The translations under genes and the position numbers were made by a program. From positions 64,001 through 128,000 of IMG/VR virus record IMGVR_UViG_3300045988_108212: 64,000 nucleotides of DNA; one strand, written 5' to 3'. The DNA comes from a virus. Below the pieces are notes generated by a model. That model was given only the letters and a program-made list of their open reading frames with translations, made no database searches and was not told the DNA's origin. Position 1 is the stretch's first letter, and the number at the start of each line of letters is the position of its first letter. This document shows positions 34,915 to 43,382 of this stretch, piece by piece.

Positions 34915-35382
34915 TTAATCAAATAATCCATACCCAAAGTGCTGTCTCAGTTCATCATTCCAACTATTAATCGATTCAACTTTTGGCTCTTGGACAAGCT
35001 TATATCGAAAATCTTCAGGCATAGACAGTGCGATAAAATTCATAATAAGTTTTGCACAATCTTTCCTTTCTTCAATATAATACACGCCATCTTCTTTATA
35101 GAAATCAACCTCTTTAAAACACCCAGAATTATTTAAAATTTCAAATGCTGTTTCGCTCATTTCTGATTCTTGATACTCTGTCCAAATCAGTCTCTCACTT
35201 CTATAACCAAGACCTAGACCCGTATAATCTTCATTGTAATTAAAAGCTACTCCTAGCTTTTTACAACTATCTTTATACGCTTGTCGAATTTTATGAATAT
35301 CATAGTTACAATCAAATAAAAAACTTTCTGATATTTTATGCCCATCTTCCGACCAGTCGCCTAATTCTAATTTATAAATCAT
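34915..35382 (-). CDS. hypothetical protein
   Basis: 155 aa; AAAGGAG SD; begins MIYKLELGDWSEDGHK. Confidence 0.55.
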   Translation of the reverse strand: MIYKLELGDWSEDGHKISESFLFDCNYDIHKIRQAYKDSCKKLGVAFNYNEDYTGLGLGYRSERLIWTEYQESEMSETAFEILNNSGCFKEVDFYKEDGVYYIEERKDCAKLIMNFIALSMPEDFRYKLVQEPKVESINSWNDELRQHFGYGLFD

Positions 35383-35404
35383 TCCAGTCTCCTTTCTTTA
35401 AGCA

Positions 35405-35430
35405 CCCACCCGTCAAATTTGACGGGAAGG
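35405..35430. repeat. perfect 18-nt palindrome CCCGTCAAATTTGACGGG flanked by CACC/GGTG
   Basis: Read directly at 35409..35426. It is GC-rich relative to its surroundings, intergenic, and has no adjoining T-run. Confidence 0.6.
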
Positions 35431-35439
35431 TGTATTATC

Positions 35440-35829
35440 TTAATCTTCTAACGAATCAATCATTGCACGTAATTCTGCTTCTGACATCTTCTCAATAGCC
35501 TCATCCTGTTTCTTGGAAAGAGCATCAATATATTTTCTCTGTGTCAGTTTCTTATTAATACGTTCCTTTTCAGCAAGTCTCTCATTACGTTTTGTTGTAA
35601 AGATATACTTCACAATACCAATCGCAGCCGTTAATTTTGGATCAACATTTGCATCATCCAACAGACTTTCTTCTGAAGATTTAACTTCCTGATCTTTCAG
35701 ATTTTTATAAACCACGTCTAAATCTTTATCAGATAAATCCCATAAATCTTCTACGGATAATTCTCCCTTTGTTGATGGGAATCTCAATTTGCTTCTTGTT
35801 GCCATTTCGAATAAATTTTCTGTTGTCAT
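35440..35829 (-). CDS. hypothetical protein
   Basis: 129 aa, helical and charged. AAAGGAG SD. Confidence 0.55.
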   Translation of the reverse strand: MTTENLFEMATRSKLRFPSTKGELSVEDLWDLSDKDLDVVYKNLKDQEVKSSEESLLDDANVDPKLTAAIGIVKYIFTTKRNERLAEKERINKKLTQRKYIDALSKKQDEAIEKMSEAELRAMIDSLED

Positions 35830-35847
35830 AATTCAATCTCCTTTATA

Positions 35848-37917
35848 TTAAAATTTAATTTTAAGAACTCTTTCAGTTGCACCCTTGACTTTGACGATCA
35901 CATCATCTCGTTTTGTAGAACTGAAACCAATTCCTGATAGCTGATTTGGGTCATCTGCGACATGCATCTTACTTCCTAAAGCCTCGAATACTCTCTTGTG
36001 CTGTACTAATTCCTGCTTCAAAAACTCATTGAAGAATCCATTTGGAGTATCTTCATTCACACATCCGTTTAACATGAACAGATAATGTTTATGCCCAATA
36101 CCTGTCTGTTCGTCCCAATAGTTAGGTGAATAACACATTACTGTTACTGGCACAAACTGATTTGTATTGATTCCCCAGATTTCTCTTGAAGATGTTGTTG
36201 ATGGAAGTTTTTCTTTGATTGTGAACACTCCATCTTTTAATGTAACTGTAGCTACTGGCACGTTCTGTCCCTGTCTTAAAGGCTGATCATATTCAAATTC
36301 GTAAATCTGACCATCAAATTCAATCTCGGCTGTAAATCCAGATGTACCATTGTTATGACAATAATTGTGTACGAAAAAATCATAATCTCCATCAACCATT
36401 TTAGATTTATCTGCCCATGTGATATTTTCTACAGCAGGTTTTCCTTTTTCTGGATTGATTACATCAACATCAAGTCTGCCTCGTGTCACGTGATCAACCA
36501 TATGGCTAAAGAAAATATGCTGACAAGGTGTTTTACAATGTGCATCAAAATCATCCCTATTCCAATCTTTTCCTGCATTCCACTGAATTGAAAATCTTAA
36601 GACTCCATCGACTGCTCCACCTGCGTTCTTAACTCTTTCTTTCATTTCGCTATCTGTCATATTTCCTGTGTATGCCCAACTGAAAGGATTACTCCACTTC
36701 ATCATATTCTTAGCATCTTTATTTACAGGTGCGATCAGCGAAACCATATTCTTCTTGTGACGATTTTCAAACAGAACTTCTAATTCTTTTGCTGTTGGTA
36801 GAACATCTGATACAAATTTCTCTGCACTGATCTCTTCTACTTTAGAAAATTTCTTAGGATTTACAGCGACTTCCTTGCTCATCTCGTCAAAAATATCTAA
36901 GCCACCCTGGATACGTGGTGCTGCATCACGATTACAAAACAGAATATTGTTTACTGTAATATCATCAAGTCTTGCAAATCTACGCTGCAATGAATCCATA
37001 TATCCTAAATCCGTTACAGTTTTCTTTGCATCCTCAAGCATTTTCTTAGTAAAAATTGCCTTTGGTCGTTTATAATTCGCAGGAGCTACAACATTTTCAT
37101 AAGCCTTTACTGCATTGTCTAAGTCCATACCTTCACTGATATTTACAAGTAATGTACCGATACTATGATTTCTAATACGACCAACTACATCTCCGATCGT
37201 CATGGCTTTTGTCCATGTGTATGTATCTTTTTCTTCATCAGACAAACCATTGTATTCTCGCTGATATTTTCTAAAATCTTTTAATACTTTTGCCCATTCC
37301 TGTCCTCTGTAAAGAGTGTTTGAAGCAATCAGTTCTAACACTGTATCAACAGCTTCTTCTGTGATTTCATCAAGTGATCTTTTGAACACATTCTTTCGAT
37401 CTCTAACTTTTGCTTTTACTGTAGGAATATCAGATTTCCTTTCCAGTAATCTCTCTGGAATCGGTGTATACATATGAGTCCATTTGATAATCTGCTTATC
37501 TTCTGTATACTCATTTGTCGTTTTTGTACCAACTGTATTTGTAAAATGTCTCCAAATATCTTTAATTGGCTTTGATTCTACATATGTTCGTAAAGCATCA
37601 ACTACTGGCTGAAATACGGCATCTTCAGTATCAATTTCCCAGATTGTATGAATCTTGCCGTCAACAATTGCCACAGCTCCACCGATTGTTTTAATAAAGT
37701 TTCGGCAATGACCACAGTCATATTCTCGTCGTTTGCGATACATTTTGTTTGTTCCTTCAGGAAAACTACTCAGATATACTTCCCACAGCACATCTTTATC
37801 AATATCAGTTTCATACAATGTAGAATTGTTTTTCTCTACATAGTCGAGCATTTTATTTAAACGCTCTGACAATTTGTTTAAAAAATTGCTCCAGTTTTCA
37901 TTCATTGGTGTGCACAT
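35848..37917 (-). CDS. large conserved-looking protein of unknown function
   Basis: 689 aa with AAAGGAG SD. Contains YDCGHCRNF near the N-terminus and a C-terminal beta-rich region (GRLDVDVINPEKG..). I could not assign a family. Confidence 0.6.
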   Translation of the reverse strand: MCTPMNENWSNFLNKLSERLNKMLDYVEKNNSTLYETDIDKDVLWEVYLSSFPEGTNKMYRKRREYDCGHCRNFIKTIGGAVAIVDGKIHTIWEIDTEDAVFQPVVDALRTYVESKPIKDIWRHFTNTVGTKTTNEYTEDKQIIKWTHMYTPIPERLLERKSDIPTVKAKVRDRKNVFKRSLDEITEEAVDTVLELIASNTLYRGQEWAKVLKDFRKYQREYNGLSDEEKDTYTWTKAMTIGDVVGRIRNHSIGTLLVNISEGMDLDNAVKAYENVVAPANYKRPKAIFTKKMLEDAKKTVTDLGYMDSLQRRFARLDDITVNNILFCNRDAAPRIQGGLDIFDEMSKEVAVNPKKFSKVEEISAEKFVSDVLPTAKELEVLFENRHKKNMVSLIAPVNKDAKNMMKWSNPFSWAYTGNMTDSEMKERVKNAGGAVDGVLRFSIQWNAGKDWNRDDFDAHCKTPCQHIFFSHMVDHVTRGRLDVDVINPEKGKPAVENITWADKSKMVDGDYDFFVHNYCHNNGTSGFTAEIEFDGQIYEFEYDQPLRQGQNVPVATVTLKDGVFTIKEKLPSTTSSREIWGINTNQFVPVTVMCYSPNYWDEQTGIGHKHYLFMLNGCVNEDTPNGFFNEFLKQELVQHKRVFEALGSKMHVADDPNQLSGIGFSSTKRDDVIVKVKGATERVLKIKF

Positions 37918-37938
37918 AATTTATCTCCTTTTTATGTA

Positions 37939-39243
37939 TTATTTAATTGCTACGAATTTTTCATCCTGTTTGTTGTCATTAATATATATTTCTTTGCCCT
38001 TAAGTTCTGGAAAATATTTCTTGGCAAGTTTCTTGAATTCATTAATATTTTTAAGACTTTCGTCATCATATGAATCAAACAACATTTCATCTTTGATTTC
38101 CCTAAAGAACTTCGCATGAGGTAAACCTTTTCTTTCCTCTTCTCTCTTCTTATCATTCTCAAGAATCTCTTCTAATTTACATAAATTCTCTGTCACTTCA
38201 ATGCAGCTACTTGGATATTTCACATATTTGTTTGTCCAAAAATCAACTGCATCATGAGCACCTGCATTACCAAACAGGTATTTTAATACACAAGTCTTGA
38301 AACCTTCTTCTCTGTTAAATCTGTCGAATCTGCTTGTATAAGCAACAGTTTCAGTACCACAGTTCCAAACCACCTTAACCATACCTCTGTAAAATTTAGC
38401 CTTAGTTACTGGTTTACCACCTCTTTCGAGTGGCTTACCATTACTATCTAAAACAGGTTCCCTAACTGTCATCTCTTTGTCTACATAAATAACTTTTTTG
38501 ATTTTGTCTTTTAATTTTTCTGTATTCATATCTTTCTCCTCTTCGTTTCCTGTAAGTTCACTCATGATTTCATCCAATTTTTCTGGCGCAAATGTTAAAG
38601 TTGCACTCATTTCACCATTCCAATCAATATGTGTTGGTGCATAAGGACTCAACCCACGGTCGTCATGTATCATCCACGATTTCCCTGTGGTTGAAAGCTC
38701 ACCAGCCTCATTCTTTATTGGTTCTGACGTTGCAGTAATTGGTTTTTGTTGATAGTGTGACAGAGCAGACACTCTTCTTTCTGAGAGTGACGGTAGGGTT
38801 AATGTATCAACCTGTATTTTGTCGGCTGAAATCGTACCTGTCTGAATCTCAATATCTTCATTCATTGTTCCACGAATAAGCACAACCTGTAGTTCATCTG
38901 AAGTTCGAACAACACAATTAATATACCTATATAAATCACCATCAAACCACATCTTATTATTACTATTTATTTTCGTATATATTAAATGATGTAACCCTGT
39001 AGCTGTTGGATCAATGGCTTTATCATCTTCCCCAAATACACTACATACAGGCAAAAGTTTTTGAAAGCTCGATCCTCTACTTCTGTTATATTCGACACTT
39101 ACTACCTTGAAAAGTACATTCTCAACATCGGAAAATACTTGTATATAATCTCCAATGCTCAAACGAATTTCATCATCACTATCAAGTCTCTTTCTGTGTC
39201 TGCCTTTAGTCTGCACCCAAACGCCCGTTTTATTTTCATCCAT
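37939..39243 (-). CDS. hypothetical protein
   Basis: 434 aa with GAGGAG SD. No motif recognised. Confidence 0.6.
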   Translation of the reverse strand: MDENKTGVWVQTKGRHRKRLDSDDEIRLSIGDYIQVFSDVENVLFKVVSVEYNRSRGSSFQKLLPVCSVFGEDDKAIDPTATGLHHLIYTKINSNNKMWFDGDLYRYINCVVRTSDELQVVLIRGTMNEDIEIQTGTISADKIQVDTLTLPSLSERRVSALSHYQQKPITATSEPIKNEAGELSTTGKSWMIHDDRGLSPYAPTHIDWNGEMSATLTFAPEKLDEIMSELTGNEEEKDMNTEKLKDKIKKVIYVDKEMTVREPVLDSNGKPLERGGKPVTKAKFYRGMVKVVWNCGTETVAYTSRFDRFNREEGFKTCVLKYLFGNAGAHDAVDFWTNKYVKYPSSCIEVTENLCKLEEILENDKKREEERKGLPHAKFFREIKDEMLFDSYDDESLKNINEFKKLAKKYFPELKGKEIYINDNKQDEKFVAIK

Positions 39244-39391
39244 ATAATTCTCCTCTCTAATGTATCAATTTGTTACTTTACATTTTCACGGTATTGATAT
39301 TCATCGACACTCAATACCTGCGTACCCATCTCTAGTACCAAGACGGTACTGGAATTTATCTCCTTTCTAACATAATATTTACATTTTAATT

Positions 39392-39411
39392 TTGCACAAA
39401 TGCCTGTGCGA
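39392..39411. promoter_or_regulatory. palindromic site TTGCAC-N8-GTGCGA (operator-like, variant)
   Basis: Its half-sites match those of the cassettes at 9361 and 42209. Located in the 195-nt intergenic region upstream of 37939..39243. Confidence 0.3.
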
Positions 39412-39438
39412 GTCATTACATATAATAAGGAAGAAACT

Positions 39439-40089
39439 CTACCCAATTATATTCTGGATAAGCTCATAATACTTTGTCCTGCCGACATACGACTTATGTT
39501 CTGCATCTTTTAATTCTTTCTTCAAAGTACATATATCTTTCTGATTATCCATGCAATTCTGCATCACTTCTATGTATCGAATACAATTCTTGATCTTTCT
39601 ATGCAATTCTTGTAAGGTTTTAAGATACCCAACAATCACTGCACGTTTCGCAGCATCAATCTTTTTAAACTCAATCGCATGAAGAATATCACTTCTGGCA
39701 GAATCGGCATATGATAATGCCTGTTCTAATTCAAACTTCTTTTCTCCTAATTGATCTGAGTCATATGCTAGAAGTCCTACTATAGCTCTTTCCTCAGTCT
39801 CTATATTGTCGATCAATGTATTATCACATTCCCAATCCATAAAGCAATTTCCATTACTTTTACGCATTATTTCACTAGATTCCATAGGTTTTCCAACTTT
39901 ACCTAGCTCAATTTCTCTGGCATGAAATCCGTCTTTCATCCACGTATATTTATGCTTCAAACCTAAAATGTGCTTTGCTTGCTTAGAGGTAAATTGAGTA
40001 GCTTCAGACTTACGATTATCACGAACGTATTTATTTCTTGCATGATCTCTTTTCACATAGAACTCTCCATTCGTAATTATGTATTTCAT
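39439..40089 (-). CDS. hypothetical protein
   Basis: 216 aa with AGGAG SD. Confidence 0.55.
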   Translation of the reverse strand: MKYIITNGEFYVKRDHARNKYVRDNRKSEATQFTSKQAKHILGLKHKYTWMKDGFHAREIELGKVGKPMESSEIMRKSNGNCFMDWECDNTLIDNIETEERAIVGLLAYDSDQLGEKKFELEQALSYADSARSDILHAIEFKKIDAAKRAVIVGYLKTLQELHRKIKNCIRYIEVMQNCMDNQKDICTLKKELKDAEHKSYVGRTKYYELIQNIIG

Positions 40090-40135
40090 ACATCACTCCT
40101 GTATTTAATTGTAGTTTTTTGGAAAAATTTTCATG

Positions 40136-40164
40136 TTGACGAACATGTTTAGAATTGTTATAAT
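40136..40164 (+). promoter_or_regulatory. near-consensus orphan sigma70 promoter on the plus strand
   Basis: TTGACG (40136..40141), 17 nt spacer, TATAAT (40159..40164), with TGt extended -10 (40156..40158). No plus-strand gene follows. Confidence 0.6.
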
Positions 40165-40170
40165 GATTTT

Positions 40171-40266
40171 AAGGATAATAATATCCTTATCTATTAAACA
40201 ATTCTAAATATCAAATTCGATTTTCTATCGTGCTGCCAACACGGTAGATTCAAAAAATCTTTTTTT
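40171..40266 (+). ncRNA. candidate ~95-nt small RNA, antisense to the inter-cistronic region
   Basis: Downstream of the promoter lie hairpin AAGGATA-ATAA-TATCCTT (40171..40188), hairpin CTATCGTG-N7-CACGGTAG (40225..40247), then AGATT-N5-AATCT plus T6 (40246..40266). No ATG occurs in this span. Confidence 0.4.
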
Positions 40267-40282
40267 GTTATCTATGATTTGT

Positions 40283-40648
40283 TTAGTTGAAATTTTTAGT
40301 TTGTGTGAAAGTAGAAGTTTTACCAAAGACTTCTGCTTTCTTTTTTATTGTCTGTATTTTTATTCCAACATTGTATCTCTCTTTGTATGTAAATTGCAGG
40401 CATTTGATTATGTCAAATATGTCGTCCTGCCTAATATGAGAGAACAAATTCTCATCTTGAATAAATTCGATCCAATGATATGAAAGATCTTTATCTTTGC
40501 CATAGATCTTCATCTTTCTATCATCTGCTCGAATCTTATATTCACTCAGAAACCACGATGACATTTCTGATGAGTGTAAATCAAGTACATCAATATGCAT
40601 TTGATTTGATTGATTCGCTACCAATGTTTTTAATATTTGATTGTCCAT
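40283..40648 (-). CDS. hypothetical protein
   Basis: 121 aa with GGAAGG SD. Last gene of the MazF-led block. Confidence 0.55.
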   Translation of the reverse strand: MDNQILKTLVANQSNQMHIDVLDLHSSEMSSWFLSEYKIRADDRKMKIYGKDKDLSYHWIEFIQDENLFSHIRQDDIFDIIKCLQFTYKERYNVGIKIQTIKKKAEVFGKTSTFTQTKNFN

Positions 40649-40662
40649 ACATATACCTTCCT

Positions 40663-41679
40663 TTATTCTGTCATAATTTGATGTACACGATAATTCTTAT
40701 AGTCCTCATCTTTATATAAATAACCAATAGTTTTACCAATTACAGTTTGACGATCACTAAATTGTTTCTTTTTTAATCTATATGATATATAATAATTATA
40801 ATAAAATTCAATTGCAATTTCACTAAATTGACGTGCGATTATAGATCGTGCGATTCCTTCTTTTGATTTAATATAATATAAATCTGCAATTGCCTTGATA
40901 TCCATTTTAGATTTTAAATATTGTATAAAACCAGAATTAATAACATCAATGGTTGTCAATTTCTCATAAGATAAAGTGTTACCAGTTAATTCTAATTGAG
41001 ACTGCACATTATTATATATCCTCTTTTGCTCTGCTTGATATTCTTCTATATTATTACATTTTTTTCGTGGTATTAATACAAAATCATCATATATATTCGT
41101 ATCTCCCATTTTCAATTTATATTCATTCAATGTCTCGATAAAATCTTTGGAGACTGGTTTCCCAAAAATTGTTAAATCATTTTGATTAATATCTGAGAAT
41201 TTTAGATTTCTTAACTCCTTTCCATTTATCCCATTATATAAACTCACAATATGAAATCTAGTATTCAATTTGGTATCGGCTGATGCATTGCACGACATCA
41301 GATTCGAAATAAACGCATTTATTTTATCTGGTGTAACATAATTAACATTAACTCTATTTGAAAAATATATATCAACTGCTAATTGCAAGTTTATAAATTT
41401 ATCATTAACAAATGGATTATATTTAATGTAATTTTGTTCATATGCATAAGTATATAGTTTAACGAGCTGGTCATATCTTTTTTTAATAGAATTCATACTT
41501 TTGGTTTTTTTACCTCTAGTATCTGATAATATAGCCTCTTGGATTGTACCTGGTGCATACGTTAACCCAGATTCATTGTCGTCCGCAATATCAGAATCTA
41601 ACAACCAATTCCATGTTGGGCGACGTGATTCTGATACGTGAGAATCTATATAATTTTGTATCAATTCTTTATTATTCAT
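40663..41679 (-). CDS. integrase-fold-like protein lacking visible catalytic residues (repressor candidate)
   Basis: 338 aa from ATG 41679 (GGAG upstream). ..LVKLYTYAYEQNYIKYNPF.. resembles the core-binding domain. ..SLYNGINGKELRNLKFSDINQNDLTI.. resembles the Arg-I segment but has no Arg. No HxxR or terminal Tyr motif was found. Confidence 0.4.
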   Translation of the reverse strand: MNNKELIQNYIDSHVSESRRPTWNWLLDSDIADDNESGLTYAPGTIQEAILSDTRGKKTKSMNSIKKRYDQLVKLYTYAYEQNYIKYNPFVNDKFINLQLAVDIYFSNRVNVNYVTPDKINAFISNLMSCNASADTKLNTRFHIVSLYNGINGKELRNLKFSDINQNDLTIFGKPVSKDFIETLNEYKLKMGDTNIYDDFVLIPRKKCNNIEEYQAEQKRIYNNVQSQLELTGNTLSYEKLTTIDVINSGFIQYLKSKMDIKAIADLYYIKSKEGIARSIIARQFSEIAIEFYYNYYISYRLKKKQFSDRQTVIGKTIGYLYKDEDYKNYRVHQIMTE

Positions 41680-41693
41680 AATATTCTCCATTT

Positions 41694-42143
41694 CTAGGAT
41701 GCCATTGCATTCATGTACGATAACATGCCGTTTTGTATTAAAATGCCATGTCCTATTTTTAACATTAAAGATAGATCAGATATTCTTCCCCAATACTCTA
41801 AAAGATTATTCTTTGGAATTGTTCTTCCTTGCTCTAAATACACCTGTGATACCATTTTTAATCCATTACTGGTATTTGGATAAATGGTTACATGTGTCGG
41901 TATCCAGTTCCTTAATTTTTTTGTAATTGGATACACGTTAATCTCTGTGCTCGTATTATTACAAATATTATTAGAATATACGATGACTGGTCTTTTCCCA
42001 TGCAAGATATGACTACCTTCAATTTTCGGCAAATCTGCAAAATATATTCCCCAAACTTGAGGATTTTGATATTTACCATATACATATTCTTTTCTTTTTC
42101 TGTTATCGTTTCCTTTTCTTTCTTTGTTAGTATATCCGTTCAT
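41694..42143 (-). CDS. mazF: MazF/PemK/EndoA-family endoribonuclease toxin
   Basis: WGIYFADLPKIEGSHILHGKRPVIVYSNNICNNTSTEINVYPITKKLRNWIPTHVTI..SQVYLEQGRTIPKNNL aligns with EndoA (YFADL, G.RPV.V, PTHV.I, LEQ.RTI). The start is set to ATG 42143 because the -10 box lies inside the track's extension. Confidence 0.85.
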   Translation of the reverse strand: MNGYTNKERKGNDNRKRKEYVYGKYQNPQVWGIYFADLPKIEGSHILHGKRPVIVYSNNICNNTSTEINVYPITKKLRNWIPTHVTIYPNTSNGLKMVSQVYLEQGRTIPKNNLLEYWGRISDLSLMLKIGHGILIQNGMLSYMNAMAS

Positions 42144-42193
42144 TTTTACGTCCCTCAACTTTCCCCAGTTGTATTTTTTATTTTCATGAATTA

Positions 42194-42231
42194 AATATAC
42201 CATACTTTTTGCACCCTGTCAATAGGTGCAA
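42194..42231 (-). promoter_or_regulatory. sigma70-type promoter with overlapping palindromic operator (cassette copy 2)
   Basis: Minus strand: TTGACA (42222..42217), 17 nt spacer, TATATT (42199..42194). The inverted repeat TTGCACC (42209..42215) / GGTGCAA (42225..42231) brackets the -35. About 55 nt are nearly identical to 9346..9400. Confidence 0.55.
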
Positions 42232-42303
42232 GAAAGAAAGTTAATTTTTGTTGTGAACAAAGAATCTCTACATTTCTTATTATAATGCTACCATAGAACA
42301 AAA

Positions 42304-42624
42304 TCAAGATATTTTTCGAACAGATGTTCTCTTTTTGTTCGAACACTTTACTTTGTGCTTACTTGGAAGGGGGAAATACTGTCTAACTTTATGAGGCTTA
42401 TCCAGTTTCCATTTCTTTTCTTCAAAATCATAGTCACAAAAATCAAGCACTTCGTCCACACATCCATCATTATATTTGTAATCCACAATAACAGGATATG
42501 TTTTATACCTCATGTAACGTGATGCATTATCTGGTTTTAATGGTGGAATCTCTGCTGAAATCCACATAAGATTCTGGTTTGCTTTCTTTTCTTCCTTATT
42601 TTGTCTAATCGTATTTATCTTCAT
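42304..42624 (-). CDS. hypothetical protein
   Basis: 106 aa with AGGAG SD. Confidence 0.5.
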   Translation of the reverse strand: MKINTIRQNKEEKKANQNLMWISAEIPPLKPDNASRYMRYKTYPVIVDYKYNDGCVDEVLDFCDYDFEEKKWKLDKPHKVRQYFPLPSKHKVKCSNKKRTSVRKIS

Positions 42625-42635
42625 ACAAAATTCTC

Positions 42636-43382
42636 CTATAAAATCCTAATAATTTGTTCGTAAATTGCAATCGCATTATCTCCTGGAAAGTTCTGGTTCA
42701 CATGCATATGTCCAAAGAACCACTTTTTATATTCAACAGATTCTTTAATCTCTTGCAAATAATCCGTCAATATATCTGTTTTATACACTCCTAATCCTTG
42801 GTCCATTTGACATAATACAGATGCATATGGACTATGTGTAATTATATAATCCACTTGCGATCCATTCTGCTTCAGATTCATCATACCTTCTGTCATTTCC
42901 TCCTCTGAAGGCAATTCTTCTTTCCACCAGCTCACATGATTAATCCTAAACATTTTGTCATAATCTCTGTACCATTCATTAATTCTTGGATCGTCTGGCT
43001 CTAAAATTCCATCTTGCACATCATGGGAACTGGCACCGCCAAATGTAAAGAATTTCTTTACTTGAATTTCAAACACCTGTCCACGCATAAGATGAAATAC
43101 AGAGTCTTTGATCTTGTGAATCTTTCCGCCACACCATTTCTCTACAGGATATTGATATAAGCGGTCGTAATTTTCATGATTCCCACATACAAACAATGTA
43201 GTAAATGGCTTGTTATCTAACCATTCCAGATTATATCGTTCTTCTTTTGTGTCATGCCACAGTCCAAAATCTCCGCAGATAATCACATAATCATCTTTGG
43301 TTAACTCAACTCCCTCTGGGAAAGAACGACTGTTTAATCGAGTCATCCAATCCCCATGTGTATCTCCTGTTACAAATATCAT
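42636..43382 (-). CDS. calcineurin-like metallophosphoesterase
   Basis: GDTHGD, CGDFG, GNHEN, ITHSP and GHMH motifs in canonical order. 248 aa. Confidence 0.85.
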   Translation of the reverse strand: MIFVTGDTHGDWMTRLNSRSFPEGVELTKDDYVIICGDFGLWHDTKEERYNLEWLDNKPFTTLFVCGNHENYDRLYQYPVEKWCGGKIHKIKDSVFHLMRGQVFEIQVKKFFTFGGASSHDVQDGILEPDDPRINEWYRDYDKMFRINHVSWWKEELPSEEEMTEGMMNLKQNGSQVDYIITHSPYASVLCQMDQGLGVYKTDILTDYLQEIKESVEYKKWFFGHMHVNQNFPGDNAIAIYEQIIRIL

